Shown: positions 51,136-62,018 of the stretch, one piece after another
Position numbering within the stretch: position 1 is the stretch's first letter
Layout of the letters: each line of letters starts with the position of its first letter
Origin: a virus
IMG/VR virus record: IMGVR_UViG_3300027782_000040
DNA: 64,000 nt
Reading direction: 5' to 3' (one strand)
Position numbers and translations under genes: made by a program
Notes under the pieces: model-generated
Database searches by the model: none
What the model saw: only the letters and a program-made list of their open reading frames with translations
What the model was told of the DNA's origin: nothing

Positions 51136-54100
51136 ATGGCATTACAAAAAATAAATTGGACCCAAGTTGATACTGAGAACGTCCCTTCGGGGTCAATCAT
51201 TGACTTAGGTTCTTCATCAGGTCCATTACATGCGGTTTATGCCGACAACATTTATATATCAGGCGTAAGTATAACTGCTGGTGGCGGTGGTGGTACGGGC
51301 ACTTCAGGCACTTCAGGTACAAGTGGTGTAGGAACTAGTGGAACTTCAGGTACCGCAGGTTCATCAGGTACAAGTGGTGCCGGAACGGCAATTACATTAA
51401 CAGACGGAACATCAACAATTAATAATGTTGATAAAATTACATTTAGTGGTGCAACTATTACCGATAGTGGTAATGGTGATGTTATAGTTACAATAATCGG
51501 TGGTACAGGTGGTACAGGAGGAACAAATGGTTCTTCAGGAACTAGTGGTTCTAACGGTTCATCAGGAACAAGTGGTATAAATGGTACATCAGGTTCTAAC
51601 GGTACCGATGGTACTTCAGGAATCAGCGGAACAAATGGTTCTTCAGGAACTTCAGGTAGTAATGGTTCATCAGGAACAAGTGGTACAGGTACTTCAGGTT
51701 CATCGGGTACTAGTGGTATAAATGGTTCTTCAGGAACTAGTGGTACTGATGGTACGTCAGGTATTAATGGAACGAGTGGGTCATCAGGTACGAGTGGAAT
51801 AGGAACACATGGTACTTCAGGTACAAGTGGAGTTGGAACAAGTGGTACATCAGGAACTAGTGGTGTTGGAACGAGCGGTTCGTCAGGTACAAGTGGTTAT
51901 GCAGGTTATGAAGGACATTTAGCGATTTGGAGATATAGTGGAAATACAAATACAAGTGTTGATCCAGGTAACGGATACTTTAATTTAGATTCAGCATCTT
52001 GGGGAACCTCAACAACAAGTATTACATTAGATAATGTTGCTCATTTACCTAGCACAAACTTCTCAGCTTATTTAGATGGATTAACTATCGGAACAATTTT
52101 AAAATTAGTTAAGGTAGGAGACACATCAACATTTAAGTTATTAAAAATAGATATAGTATTACCACTTGATAGTGGATACGAAAAATACACAGTCACTCAA
52201 TTGTCATCAAATGGATTAGATCCAAATGATAATGATGAGTTTTTAATTATTCCATTAGGTATACCAGGTCTAACAGGTACTGCGGGTACATCAGGAACGA
52301 GTGGTAGTAATGGTACAGACGGAAGTTCTGGAACTAGTGGTTCTAATGGTTCTTCAGGAACATCAGGTTCTAACGGAACAGACGGTAGTTCAGGTTCATC
52401 AGGTTCTAATGGTTCTTCAGGAACAAGTGGATCTGATGGTGCTATTGGTACTTCAGGTAGTGACGGTAGTTCAGGTACATCGGGAGATAGTTTATTTGCT
52501 AAAACAGGTTCTGTTTGGTATACAAAGAATGATGTAACAATTGATGGTAAATTAACCATCAATGAATTAATAGTATCGTCTTCGGTTACCAACATGACCG
52601 TTCAATATGCAAGCGGATCAACCAAATTCGGAGATACACAAGATGATACACATCAATTAACAGGATCACTTTTAGTTACAGGATCTATTACTCTAAAAGG
52701 AAATCAAGAAATTACAGGTAGTGAAGTTTTATTAAACTCACCTGATGGCAGTGTCAGTAACAAATATGCATTATCGGTATCACAATCAATACATGCTGAA
52801 AACATCAACGTAGGTGTTCCAACATCAAATCCATGGCAATCAAGTTTAAATGGTTCTTATTTTAATAACTTCAATGAAAATACAGATGTTTCTGAAATAT
52901 TAAGATTTGTTGCGGGTTTGTTATCATCATCAGCACCTGACGCGGCACCAAATACAAAAACATATAGTTCATATACAACTAATACTAATAATAATACAAC
53001 AGGAACAGTTACGGTTGGTAGTATACCATTAAACTCAAGTAATTCAACAATTACTTACTTACAAAGTAAAGGTTTTGCAACTACAGGTTCAACAATCTTC
53101 AGTGGTATTTCTCCAATTTATACTAATTCAGGATTTTATGAAACATATACAAGTGTTGCTGGTGGTTCTACAATAGTTTCATCGTCAGTTGATACACAAT
53201 TATTCGGTTTAGGTACATTAAGTAGTGGAACTCCAACATCATTTAAAGTTTCGGGTTCATTCACTTTCAAATTTAAAGATAATAGTTCTAAAACAGATAC
53301 GGCAACTTCAAGTTCACAAGCACTTGTTACACAAACAGGAGCGGGCACAACTAATGGAGTTACTTTATCAAAGATTAACACTGCAAACCCTGCAGTTATT
53401 CCTGCAGCATACCAAGATGGTAAATATGCTACGGTTTTCTCACCAGCAATTTATAGTGGAGGGGCAACTGCAATAAGTGGTAGTGGTTATTATCACATAT
53501 CTGCGTCTATTGCTATTGCAAGTGGTTCAAGTGCATACACAACACCACAAACACATTTCACAGAATTATTTTATGCACCATTAACAACAATATCAACAAA
53601 CATACCAGCTCAAACACCAACATTTAGTGGTGTAAGTGTTAATGGAATAACTGCGGTGTCTCGTTCATTAAGTGGGGCGCCTTATTTAAGTTCGGCAACA
53701 TATACAATATCAGGTTCAGTATTAGGATTGTTTAATCCATTATATTATGCTGGTACAGGTATTGCAACAATCACAGATTCTGATGGTTTAGTAACGGAAT
53801 CAGGTGGAATATTAACAGTATCAACTGCAGGGGGAACAATAGGAACGGCAAATGCGGTTTACGATTCAACAGGTGTAACTGCAAGAAGTACAGGAACGGT
53901 TCCTTATGAAACTGATATTGTAAAAGTATATACAACATCGTCATTTGCACCTGGTACAGCTGATGAAAATATAAGTCAAACAGGTTTAGGTACAACATCG
54001 TTCTCATTACAAATAAATGGATTAAATAAAGCGGGAAGTACAACGACAAACACATCAACGGTTTCTTATCATACGGCAGGTGCATTTGGACAACCAAGTG

Positions 54101-54783
54101 CAAGTGGTAGTTTGGCATATTATGGTAAAATACAAGGTGCGGACACAGCAACAAATGGTGGGTCGTCTAACTCTGAACCATTCCTTGGTGAAAACTATAG
54201 AATACAATTAACAGATGGTATATTGGCATTCACAGGAACTACTTGGGACACAACATTTGGATTATACAATTTAGGAGCAAAAGATTTACAAGTTAAACCG
54301 GGTTATTTAGTTAAACCTGGTGGAACATATGGATATTGGTTAACTAATCCAAGTACTGCAAGTGATTACAAATATTATGTTAGAAAAGTTACAACAAACG
54401 CGGGTGTAAAGGGAACAATGACTTTAAACATGGGAGCCACCCTTGTGAATTGGGAGGCAACAACAAGTAATTCAGTTTCATGTTTAGTTTTATTTGAATC
54501 AACAAAGAGTGGTTTATTTACCCCACCAAGATTTTTTGATCCATCAAACGCCTTAACAAACTTAGGTACGGTGACGGCAAACACAGATGGTACAAATCCA
54601 TTTGGTTCAAGTATATATGTAAATCGTTGTAACACAAGTACAGTTTCAAGTTACACATATACTATACCATTAATTAGTGCGGATGGTATGGTACTAAACG
54701 CTACATATACTAATATTTATGTAATTGTAAGATACAAGGGAGACCCCACACCAATAACTTCAATAACAACAACTTTTAGTTAA
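51136..54783 (+). CDS. Collagen-like (GTS) fibre protein with large S/T-rich C-terminal domain
   Basis: Gly-X-Y tracts, shared SGSTKFGD module, preceded by TATTTAT. Confidence 0.75.
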   Translation: MALQKINWTQVDTENVPSGSIIDLGSSSGPLHAVYADNIYISGVSITAGGGGGTGTSGTSGTSGVGTSGTSGTAGSSGTSGAGTAITLTDGTSTINNVDKITFSGATITDSGNGDVIVTIIGGTGGTGGTNGSSGTSGSNGSSGTSGINGTSGSNGTDGTSGISGTNGSSGTSGSNGSSGTSGTGTSGSSGTSGINGSSGTSGTDGTSGINGTSGSSGTSGIGTHGTSGTSGVGTSGTSGTSGVGTSGSSGTSGYAGYEGHLAIWRYSGNTNTSVDPGNGYFNLDSASWGTSTTSITLDNVAHLPSTNFSAYLDGLTIGTILKLVKVGDTSTFKLLKIDIVLPLDSGYEKYTVTQLSSNGLDPNDNDEFLIIPLGIPGLTGTAGTSGTSGSNGTDGSSGTSGSNGSSGTSGSNGTDGSSGSSGSNGSSGTSGSDGAIGTSGSDGSSGTSGDSLFAKTGSVWYTKNDVTIDGKLTINELIVSSSVTNMTVQYASGSTKFGDTQDDTHQLTGSLLVTGSITLKGNQEITGSEVLLNSPDGSVSNKYALSVSQSIHAENINVGVPTSNPWQSSLNGSYFNNFNENTDVSEILRFVAGLLSSSAPDAAPNTKTYSSYTTNTNNNTTGTVTVGSIPLNSSNSTITYLQSKGFATTGSTIFSGISPIYTNSGFYETYTSVAGGSTIVSSSVDTQLFGLGTLSSGTPTSFKVSGSFTFKFKDNSSKTDTATSSSQALVTQTGAGTTNGVTLSKINTANPAVIPAAYQDGKYATVFSPAIYSGGATAISGSGYYHISASIAIASGSSAYTTPQTHFTELFYAPLTTISTNIPAQTPTFSGVSVNGITAVSRSLSGAPYLSSATYTISGSVLGLFNPLYYAGTGIATITDSDGLVTESGGILTVSTAGGTIGTANAVYDSTGVTARSTGTVPYETDIVKVYTTSSFAPGTADENISQTGLGTTSFSLQINGLNKAGSTTTNTSTVSYHTAGAFGQPSASGSLAYYGKIQGADTATNGGSSNSEPFLGENYRIQLTDGILAFTGTTWDTTFGLYNLGAKDLQVKPGYLVKPGGTYGYWLTNPSTASDYKYYVRKVTTNAGVKGTMTLNMGATLVNWEATTSNSVSCLVLFESTKSGLFTPPRFFDPSNALTNLGTVTANTDGTNPFGSSIYVNRCNTSTVSSYTYTIPLISADGMVLNATYTNIYVIVRYKGDPTPITSITTTFS

Positions 54784-54789
54784 TAAGAA

Positions 54790-57090
54790 ATGTCGATAGA
54801 TAATAGTAAAAAATCCCCAAGGTTACTCCAAAGTAGAAGATATACACACGAAACTTTTACTGATGCTCAAGAAGCTTTTACTTCGGTATTAGACATTAAC
54901 GCTAATGAGGTTTATGTAGATCAAGATTTGATACCGGCAAGTAGCATTCCTTTCGGAACAAGTGGAGACAATTTATCAATTTATAGTTCTGGTGGTCAAC
55001 AAGTAATGAAGTATTACTATCGTTACAAGATGACCAAATCAAGTACGAATAATCAAGTTTGGTTTTTCACTACGGGAACAACTGCTGGTATTGATGCTCA
55101 GTTAATTGATTCTAACCAACAAAAAAACTTCGTATCACCAAAATATTCAATCCCCTCACTATCTACCGCCAACGCGGAAGACAGTCCAGTGGGTTATGGT
55201 GTAAAAGTTTTCGTTTCAACGAACTCATCTTCACCATCGGCTGGTGATCAATTAGATCCAACAAAATTTGTATTTGATTATAAAACGGGTGTTCTTCAGT
55301 TTGTTTTAACTGCGGACGCTCCTGATAATACAAAATACGTTTACATAACAGCATATCAATATGTTGGTAGAACATTAAAAGATGCTTTACTTACATCAGT
55401 ATCATCATCTTCAGGTACAAGTGGTACTTCAGGAAGTAACGGTACCAACGGAACAAGTGGTTCAAATGGTACAGACGGAAGTTCAGGTTCATCAGGTTCT
55501 AACGGTAGTTCGGGTTCTAGTGGATCAAACGGAACTAATGGAAGTTCTGGTACATCAGGTTCTAATGGTACCAATGGTTCATCAGGAACTAGTGGTAGTA
55601 ATGGAACAGATGGTAGTTCAGGTTCATCAGGTTCTAGTGGAAGTAACGGAACCAACGGTTCTTCAGGAACGTCGGGAGATTCGTTATTTGCAAATAGCGG
55701 TTCTTTTTGGACGACAACCAACAACGTAGAAATCACAGGTTCGGTAAAAATTAAAGGTGTTTTAACTGCAGAGGAATATAATGTTACATTAGTATCTTCT
55801 TCTGTATTGTATAGTTCAGGTTCAACCAAATTTGGTGATACACCTGACGACACACATCAATTTACAGGTTCGGTATTTGTATCAGGGTCAATTAATATAG
55901 TTAGTGGTAGTTTATCAATAAACGGAGTTTCATTCTCCGCAATGACATCGGGTTCTTCAGGAACTTCAGGTTCTAATGGAACCGATGGAAGTTCTGGTTC
56001 TTCTGGTAGTAACGGTACAGACGGTTCGTCAGGTACATCAGGTTCTAACGGTACTGACGGTTCATCAGGTACTTCAGGTTCTAACGGAACAGATGGTACA
56101 TCGGGTAGTAATGGTACAGACGGAAGTTCAGGTTCATCAGGTTCTAACGGAACGGATGGTTCGTCAGGAACTAGCGGGTCTAACGGTACCGATGGTAGTT
56201 CAGGAACTAGCGGAAGTAATGGAACAGATGGAAGTTCTGGTTCATCAGGTTCTAATGGTACAGACGGAACAAGTGGCTCAAATGGTACGAACGGTAGTTC
56301 AGGAACAAGCGGTAGTAATGGTACAGATGGTAGTTCAGGTTCTAATGGTTCATCAGGAAGTTCTGGTACAAGTGGTTCTAATGGTACGAACGGTTCATCA
56401 GGTACTTCAGGAGATTCATTATTTGGACATACGGGTTCGTTTTGGGCAACAACAAACGATATTCAAATTACAGGTTCATTAAGTATATCTTCTCAATTAG
56501 GTATTAATGATGCAAATGTTTTATTAAATGAAAGTGCGTCATTAGTATTAACAAGTGGTTCTAACATATACATTGAGAACGGTGGATTTATTACCGCATC
56601 TTTCAAAGGAGATGGTGCGGGGTTATATAACATTCCAGCAAGTGGAGTTACAAATTTACAGTTAGATAGAATTGTTAGTGGAAGTGTAAGTGCTTCAATG
56701 GCTGACGGTACGTTAAGAGTTAATACAGATGTTAATATTGATGGTACTTTAACTGCAAGAGAATTACATATTAATTATGTAACATCTTCAGTTTTATATT
56801 CATCAGGTTCGACTAAGTTCGGAGATACATCGGATGATTTACATGAGTTTACAGGTTCATTACATACATCAGGTTCAGTAGTAATTAATGGAGATTTAAC
56901 CGTAAATGGTACAACAGTTTTAACATCAACAGATTTATTACGTGAGTCATTAATAGTATCAGGTGCAATGGCAATTATGCAAGCTCAAATTCAATCACAA
57001 ATGATATCCGCGTCACTTTCAATGCAAGGACAAAGAGTAATAACATATGATATAGGCACTGGAAGTGTCATGGATTTAGGAGGATTTTAA
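54790..57090 (+). CDS. Collagen-like fibre protein
   Basis: FDYKTGVL domain, two Gly-X-Y tracts, two shared modules. Ends DLGGF. Confidence 0.75.
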   Translation: MSIDNSKKSPRLLQSRRYTHETFTDAQEAFTSVLDINANEVYVDQDLIPASSIPFGTSGDNLSIYSSGGQQVMKYYYRYKMTKSSTNNQVWFFTTGTTAGIDAQLIDSNQQKNFVSPKYSIPSLSTANAEDSPVGYGVKVFVSTNSSSPSAGDQLDPTKFVFDYKTGVLQFVLTADAPDNTKYVYITAYQYVGRTLKDALLTSVSSSSGTSGTSGSNGTNGTSGSNGTDGSSGSSGSNGSSGSSGSNGTNGSSGTSGSNGTNGSSGTSGSNGTDGSSGSSGSSGSNGTNGSSGTSGDSLFANSGSFWTTTNNVEITGSVKIKGVLTAEEYNVTLVSSSVLYSSGSTKFGDTPDDTHQFTGSVFVSGSINIVSGSLSINGVSFSAMTSGSSGTSGSNGTDGSSGSSGSNGTDGSSGTSGSNGTDGSSGTSGSNGTDGTSGSNGTDGSSGSSGSNGTDGSSGTSGSNGTDGSSGTSGSNGTDGSSGSSGSNGTDGTSGSNGTNGSSGTSGSNGTDGSSGSNGSSGSSGTSGSNGTNGSSGTSGDSLFGHTGSFWATTNDIQITGSLSISSQLGINDANVLLNESASLVLTSGSNIYIENGGFITASFKGDGAGLYNIPASGVTNLQLDRIVSGSVSASMADGTLRVNTDVNIDGTLTARELHINYVTSSVLYSSGSTKFGDTSDDLHEFTGSLHTSGSVVINGDLTVNGTTVLTSTDLLRESLIVSGAMAIMQAQIQSQMISASLSMQGQRVITYDIGTGSVMDLGGF

Positions 57091-57191
57091 AGAAAAACAA
57101 ATTAATAATAAAAATATATTAAAAAACAATAGAAATAATTCGGTGGATGTAGTAAAATATACTATTTATAAACAAAACAAACACAAAGTAG

Positions 57192-60100
57192 ATGGCACAA
57201 ATTATTAAACACAGGAGGGGTTCGTTAGAAATCCTCAAAAACACAACAGCGAGAAACGGTGAATTGATTATTGCAACCGGTTCGATAAGTGACTTACATG
57301 GTCCATTTATCTTTATCGGTTCACCAGCAATTGGAGATGAAGGAGTTGCGGGTGCGTTTAAGGCAGTTTCAAAATTATACCAAGGAGCTAATGCACCAAC
57401 GATTTCTGCGGGAACGTATGGTTCAACATTAGACGGTACACCATTCTACGCTAGTGGTGAAAATAAATTATACATATTAAATAATGACGGTGCGGGTGGT
57501 AATGTCAAATTAAATTTAGTTGGTAACATTGAAGGTAATACTATCAGTGGTGTTACAATTACTAATTTAACAAGTACAACTGCAACAATTACTAATCAAG
57601 TTAATGTAAGTGGTTCGTTAAACGTTACGGGTAGTTTATATATAAACGGAACATCATATACGGCAGCAACTTCAGGAACTTCAGGTTCAAATGGTACTGA
57701 TGGTACATCTGGTTCTTCAGGTTCTAACGGAACTGACGGTTCTTCAGGTACATCAGGTTCTAATGGAACAGATGGTTCTTCAGGAACTTCAGGTTCTAAC
57801 GGAACCGATGGTTCTTCAGGTTCTAACGGAACTGACGGTTCTTCAGGTACATCAGGTTCTAATGGAACAGATGGTTCATCAGGTTCTAATGGTACAGACG
57901 GATCTTCAGGTTCTAATGGAACAGATGGTTCTTCAGGTACTTCAGGTACTTCAGGTTCAAATGGTACGGATGGTTCTTCAGGTACATCAGGATCAAATGG
58001 TACAGATGGTACATCTGGTTCTTCAGGTTCAAATGGTACGGATGGTTCTTCAGGTTCTAGTGGAAGCAACGGTACTGACGGTTCTTCAGGTTCTAATGGT
58101 ACAGATGGATCTTCTGGTACTTCAGGAGATAGTTTATTCGCATATACAGGTTCAGCATGGGCGACAACTAACAACGTAGAAATTACTGGTTCAGTAAGAA
58201 TTAAAGGTGTTTTAACAGCTGAAGAATATAATGTCACATTAGTTTCTTCATCAGTTCTTTATTCATCAGGTTCAACTAAATTTGGAGATACTAATGATGA
58301 TATACATCAATTTACAGGTAGTTTAAATATTTTATCAGGTTCAGTTAATATCACTGAAGGTGATTTAACAATAAATGGAGTTTCATTTTTAGCAATGACT
58401 TCAGGAACTTCAGGTTCTAACGGAACTGACGGTTCTTCAGGAACTTCAGGTTCAAATGGTACAGATGGTACATCTGGTTCTTCAGGTTCTAATGGAACTG
58501 ACGGTACATCAGGTTCTTCAGGTTCTTCAGGTTCAAATGGTACGGATGGTTCTTCAGGTTCTTCAGGTTCAAATGGTACGGATGGTTCTTCAGGTTCTAG
58601 TGGTTCTAATGGTACCGACGGTTCTAGTGGGTCAAATGGTACTGACGGTTCTTCAGGAACTTCAGGTTCAAATGGTACAGATGGTACATCTGGTTCTTCA
58701 GGTTCTAATGGAACTGACGGTACATCAGGTTCTTCAGGGTCAAATGGTACGGATGGTTCTTCAGGTAGTAATGGAACAGACGGAAGTTCAGGAACCTCAG
58801 GTTCAAATGGTACGGATGGTTCGTCAGGTACATCGGTTACTGTAAGTGGTACAAACAATACAATTGGTAAATTCCAAACAGGAGCAACTACAACGTTAGT
58901 AGATTCGAGTATTAGTGATGATGGTACAACTGTTACAATTAGTTCAGACGTTAATATCAATGGTATATTAACAGCAAGAGAAATACACATGGACTATGTG
59001 ACTTCTTCAGTGTTATTTACTTCAGGTTCAAATAGATTTGGTGATACGTTAGATGATACACATCAATTTACAGGTAGTGTTAATATTACAGGTTCAATAT
59101 CATTAAACGGTCAAGCAATTGGTACAGGTAAATTAGATGAAACAGCATTTAACGCTTATACATCTTCAGTTACCTCATCATTTGCAGGTACTTCATCATA
59201 CGCAATTTACGCTGAAAACGCTGTTATTGTTTCAGGTCAAACTAAAACATTAGTAATTGGTTCAGCATCAACAACATGGTCATTCAACCACAATTTAGGA
59301 TACAAATATCCTGCAATTAATGTGTTTGACGGTAGTGATAAAGTTGTTATACCAACAGAAATTGAGGTTATTGATAGTAATAACTTAAAAGTATATTTTA
59401 ACCAAGCTCAAACGGGTACAGTAATTGCCACTGTCGGTGGTAATGGTTCATCAGGAACAAGTGGGTCAAACGGAACTGACGGTTCTTCAGGTTCATCAGG
59501 TTCAAATGGTACAGACGGAAGTTCTGGAACAAGTGGATCTAACGGTACCGATGGTTCTTCAGGTTCTAGCGGTTCAAATGGTACCGACGGTTCCTCAGGA
59601 ACAAGTGGTTCAAATGGTACTGACGGAAGTTCTGGTTCTAACGGAACAGATGGTAGTTCAGGTTCATCAGGGAGTAATGGTACTGATGGTTCTTCAGGTT
59701 CTAGTGGAAGCAACGGTACTGACGGTTCTTCAGGTTCTAGTGGAAGCAACGGTACTGACGGTTCTTCAGGTTCATCAGGTTCTAATGGTACTGATGGTTC
59801 TTCAGGAAGTAATGGTACAGATGGTTCTTCAGGTACATCAGGAGATAGTTTATTTGCCGAAACAAGTTTAGGTTCTGGAATATGGAGAACAACAAACAAT
59901 GTAGAAATAACAGGTTCTTTAACAGTAAAAACTGGAACAATATCAGGTTCATTTACTGGAGATGGTGGTGGATTATATAACATTCCGGCAAGTGGAGTTA
60001 CAGGATTAGAATTAAATAAAATAGTAAGTGGAAGTGTAAGTGCTTCAATCCAATCTGATGGAACATTCAGAGTAAATGGAGACACATACATTGATGGTAT

Positions 60101-61724
60101 ATTAACTGCTAAAGAATTACATATTGATTATGTTACATCTTCAGTTCTTTATACTTCAGGTTCAACTAAGTTCGGAGATACACCTGATGATAACCATCAA
60201 TTCACTGGTTCAGTTTTAGTATCAGGTTCAATAAATTTAGTTGGTGGTGATTTAACAATTAATGGTACATCATATACCGCAGCAACTTCAGGTACTTCAG
60301 GTAGTAATGGAACAGACGGTTCTTCAGGTACATCAGGTTCTAACGGAACAGACGGTAGTTCAGGTTCTAATGGTACAGACGGAAGTTCTGGAACAAGTGG
60401 TTCTAACGGTACTGATGGTTCTTCAGGAAGTAATGGTACAGATGGTTCTTCAGGAACATCAGGAAGTAATGGTACAGATGGTTCTTCAGGAACAAGTGGT
60501 TCTAACGGAACAGATGGTAGTTCGGGTACTAGTGGAAGTAATGGTACTGACGGAAGTTCAGGAACAAGTGGTTCTAACGGTACGGATGGTTCTTCAGGAA
60601 CTAGCGGTGTTGATGGTGCAAGTGGTACTTCAGGTTCTAACGGTACGAATGGTTCTTCAGGAACTTCAGGTTCTAATGGAACCGATGGTTCTTCAGGAAC
60701 TAGCGGAAGTAATGGTACAGATGGTTCTTCAGGTTCTAACGGAACAGATGGTAGTTCAGGAACTAGTGGTTCTAACGGAACAGATGGTAGTTCAGGAACT
60801 AGTGGTTCAAACGGAACAGATGGCACATCAGGGTCTAACGGAACTGACGGTTCTTCAGGAACAAGTGGTTCTAATGGTACAGATGGTACGTCAGGTACAT
60901 CAGTATCAGTAACAGGTACAAACAACTACATTGGTAAATTTGATTCAACTGGAGCAACAATTACACTAATAGATTCAAGTATAGTTGATAATGGAACAGA
61001 TGTAACAGTTAATTCAAAGTTAATTATTACTGGTACAACGAATATTCAAGGTAATACAAGTGTTACAGGAGCGTTCACAGTTGGTTCAGGTTCAGCAACA
61101 ATGTTAGGTGGTGATTTATTTGTATCAGGAAACTTACAAGTATTAGGTTCATCAACAAGTGTAAGTTTACAATCAAATACAGTTGCAATCGGTGATAATA
61201 TCATATTAGTAAACGCTTACTCACCATTCCAAAGATACGCAGGTATCAGTGGATTTGATTCAGGTTCAGCGGATCAATCAGGTTCATTATTATGGGATTC
61301 AACCAATAACAAATGGTTAACTGTAAACGGTTCAAATAGTTCAAGTAAAATAGTTGGAACAACTGCAGGTACATTAGGAACTGAAACAAGTTTAACAAGT
61401 GGAACATTCCCAATCGCATCTGCTGATAACACAATCGGTGATAGTTTATTAACTTACTCAGGTACAACATTACAATTCAACACAGATAAGTTCACAGTTG
61501 AATCAGTAGCGGGAAACACTGTAGTAGCGGGTACATTAAAAGTGAGTGGAAATGGAGCGGATGCAGGTACGAACACCTCTAACGTAACATTTAAAAACTC
61601 AAGTGATGTATTTGGTGAGATTTCAGCGGTGTCTTCAAGTGTAGCGGTTACATCAATGTTAGGTTATAAAACATCTGACGGAACATTAACCTTCACCGAT
61701 ACAATAGATGGAGGAACATTCTAA
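57192..61724 (+). CDS. Long collagen-like tail fibre protein
   Basis: MAQIIKHRRGS N-terminus, four Gly-X-Y tracts, WSFNHNLG domain. Ends IDGGTF. Confidence 0.8.
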   Translation: MAQIIKHRRGSLEILKNTTARNGELIIATGSISDLHGPFIFIGSPAIGDEGVAGAFKAVSKLYQGANAPTISAGTYGSTLDGTPFYASGENKLYILNNDGAGGNVKLNLVGNIEGNTISGVTITNLTSTTATITNQVNVSGSLNVTGSLYINGTSYTAATSGTSGSNGTDGTSGSSGSNGTDGSSGTSGSNGTDGSSGTSGSNGTDGSSGSNGTDGSSGTSGSNGTDGSSGSNGTDGSSGSNGTDGSSGTSGTSGSNGTDGSSGTSGSNGTDGTSGSSGSNGTDGSSGSSGSNGTDGSSGSNGTDGSSGTSGDSLFAYTGSAWATTNNVEITGSVRIKGVLTAEEYNVTLVSSSVLYSSGSTKFGDTNDDIHQFTGSLNILSGSVNITEGDLTINGVSFLAMTSGTSGSNGTDGSSGTSGSNGTDGTSGSSGSNGTDGTSGSSGSSGSNGTDGSSGSSGSNGTDGSSGSSGSNGTDGSSGSNGTDGSSGTSGSNGTDGTSGSSGSNGTDGTSGSSGSNGTDGSSGSNGTDGSSGTSGSNGTDGSSGTSVTVSGTNNTIGKFQTGATTTLVDSSISDDGTTVTISSDVNINGILTAREIHMDYVTSSVLFTSGSNRFGDTLDDTHQFTGSVNITGSISLNGQAIGTGKLDETAFNAYTSSVTSSFAGTSSYAIYAENAVIVSGQTKTLVIGSASTTWSFNHNLGYKYPAINVFDGSDKVVIPTEIEVIDSNNLKVYFNQAQTGTVIATVGGNGSSGTSGSNGTDGSSGSSGSNGTDGSSGTSGSNGTDGSSGSSGSNGTDGSSGTSGSNGTDGSSGSNGTDGSSGSSGSNGTDGSSGSSGSNGTDGSSGSSGSNGTDGSSGSSGSNGTDGSSGSNGTDGSSGTSGDSLFAETSLGSGIWRTTNNVEITGSLTVKTGTISGSFTGDGGGLYNIPASGVTGLELNKIVSGSVSASIQSDGTFRVNGDTYIDGILTAKELHIDYVTSSVLYTSGSTKFGDTPDDNHQFTGSVLVSGSINLVGGDLTINGTSYTAATSGTSGSNGTDGSSGTSGSNGTDGSSGSNGTDGSSGTSGSNGTDGSSGSNGTDGSSGTSGSNGTDGSSGTSGSNGTDGSSGTSGSNGTDGSSGTSGSNGTDGSSGTSGVDGASGTSGSNGTNGSSGTSGSNGTDGSSGTSGSNGTDGSSGSNGTDGSSGTSGSNGTDGSSGTSGSNGTDGTSGSNGTDGSSGTSGSNGTDGTSGTSVSVTGTNNYIGKFDSTGATITLIDSSIVDNGTDVTVNSKLIITGTTNIQGNTSVTGAFTVGSGSATMLGGDLFVSGNLQVLGSSTSVSLQSNTVAIGDNIILVNAYSPFQRYAGISGFDSGSADQSGSLLWDSTNNKWLTVNGSNSSSKIVGTTAGTLGTETSLTSGTFPIASADNTIGDSLLTYSGTTLQFNTDKFTVESVAGNTVVAGTLKVSGNGADAGTNTSNVTFKNSSDVFGEISAVSSSVAVTSMLGYKTSDGTLTFTDTIDGGTF

Positions 61725-61743
61725 AAGTAGAATAAAAATTAAC

Positions 61744-61773
61744 AAGGAGGACCCAAAAAGTCCTCCTTTTTTT
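61744..61773 (+). terminator. Rho-independent terminator
   Basis: AAGGAGGAC-CCAAAAA-GTCCTCCTT followed by a T run. Confidence 0.85.
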
Positions 61774-61808
61774 GTCCATAAAGACAAAATAATATATTTA
61801 TATTTTAT

Positions 61809-62018
61809 ATGGGAATACTATTCAATAAAGTCAAGATAGTTCCAAATTTACATGGAACACCAACACCCACACCAACAGGTGGAACAGTAAGCCCGACTCC
61901 TACTCCAAGTGCAACACCGACTCCAACCCCTACACCAAGTGCGGTTGTTACAAACGACATTTTACTTGAAAACGGAGAATATTTATTACAAGAAAATAAT
62001 TCTAAAATCATATTATAA
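61809..62018 (+). CDS. Mini adaptor-like protein: short N-terminus, Pro-Thr linker, C-terminal LLENGEYLLQEN motif
   Basis: 69 aa, TATTTAT upstream, TAATG-coupled to the next gene. Confidence 0.75.
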   Translation: MGILFNKVKIVPNLHGTPTPTPTGGTVSPTPTPSATPTPTPTPSAVVTNDILLENGEYLLQENNSKIIL

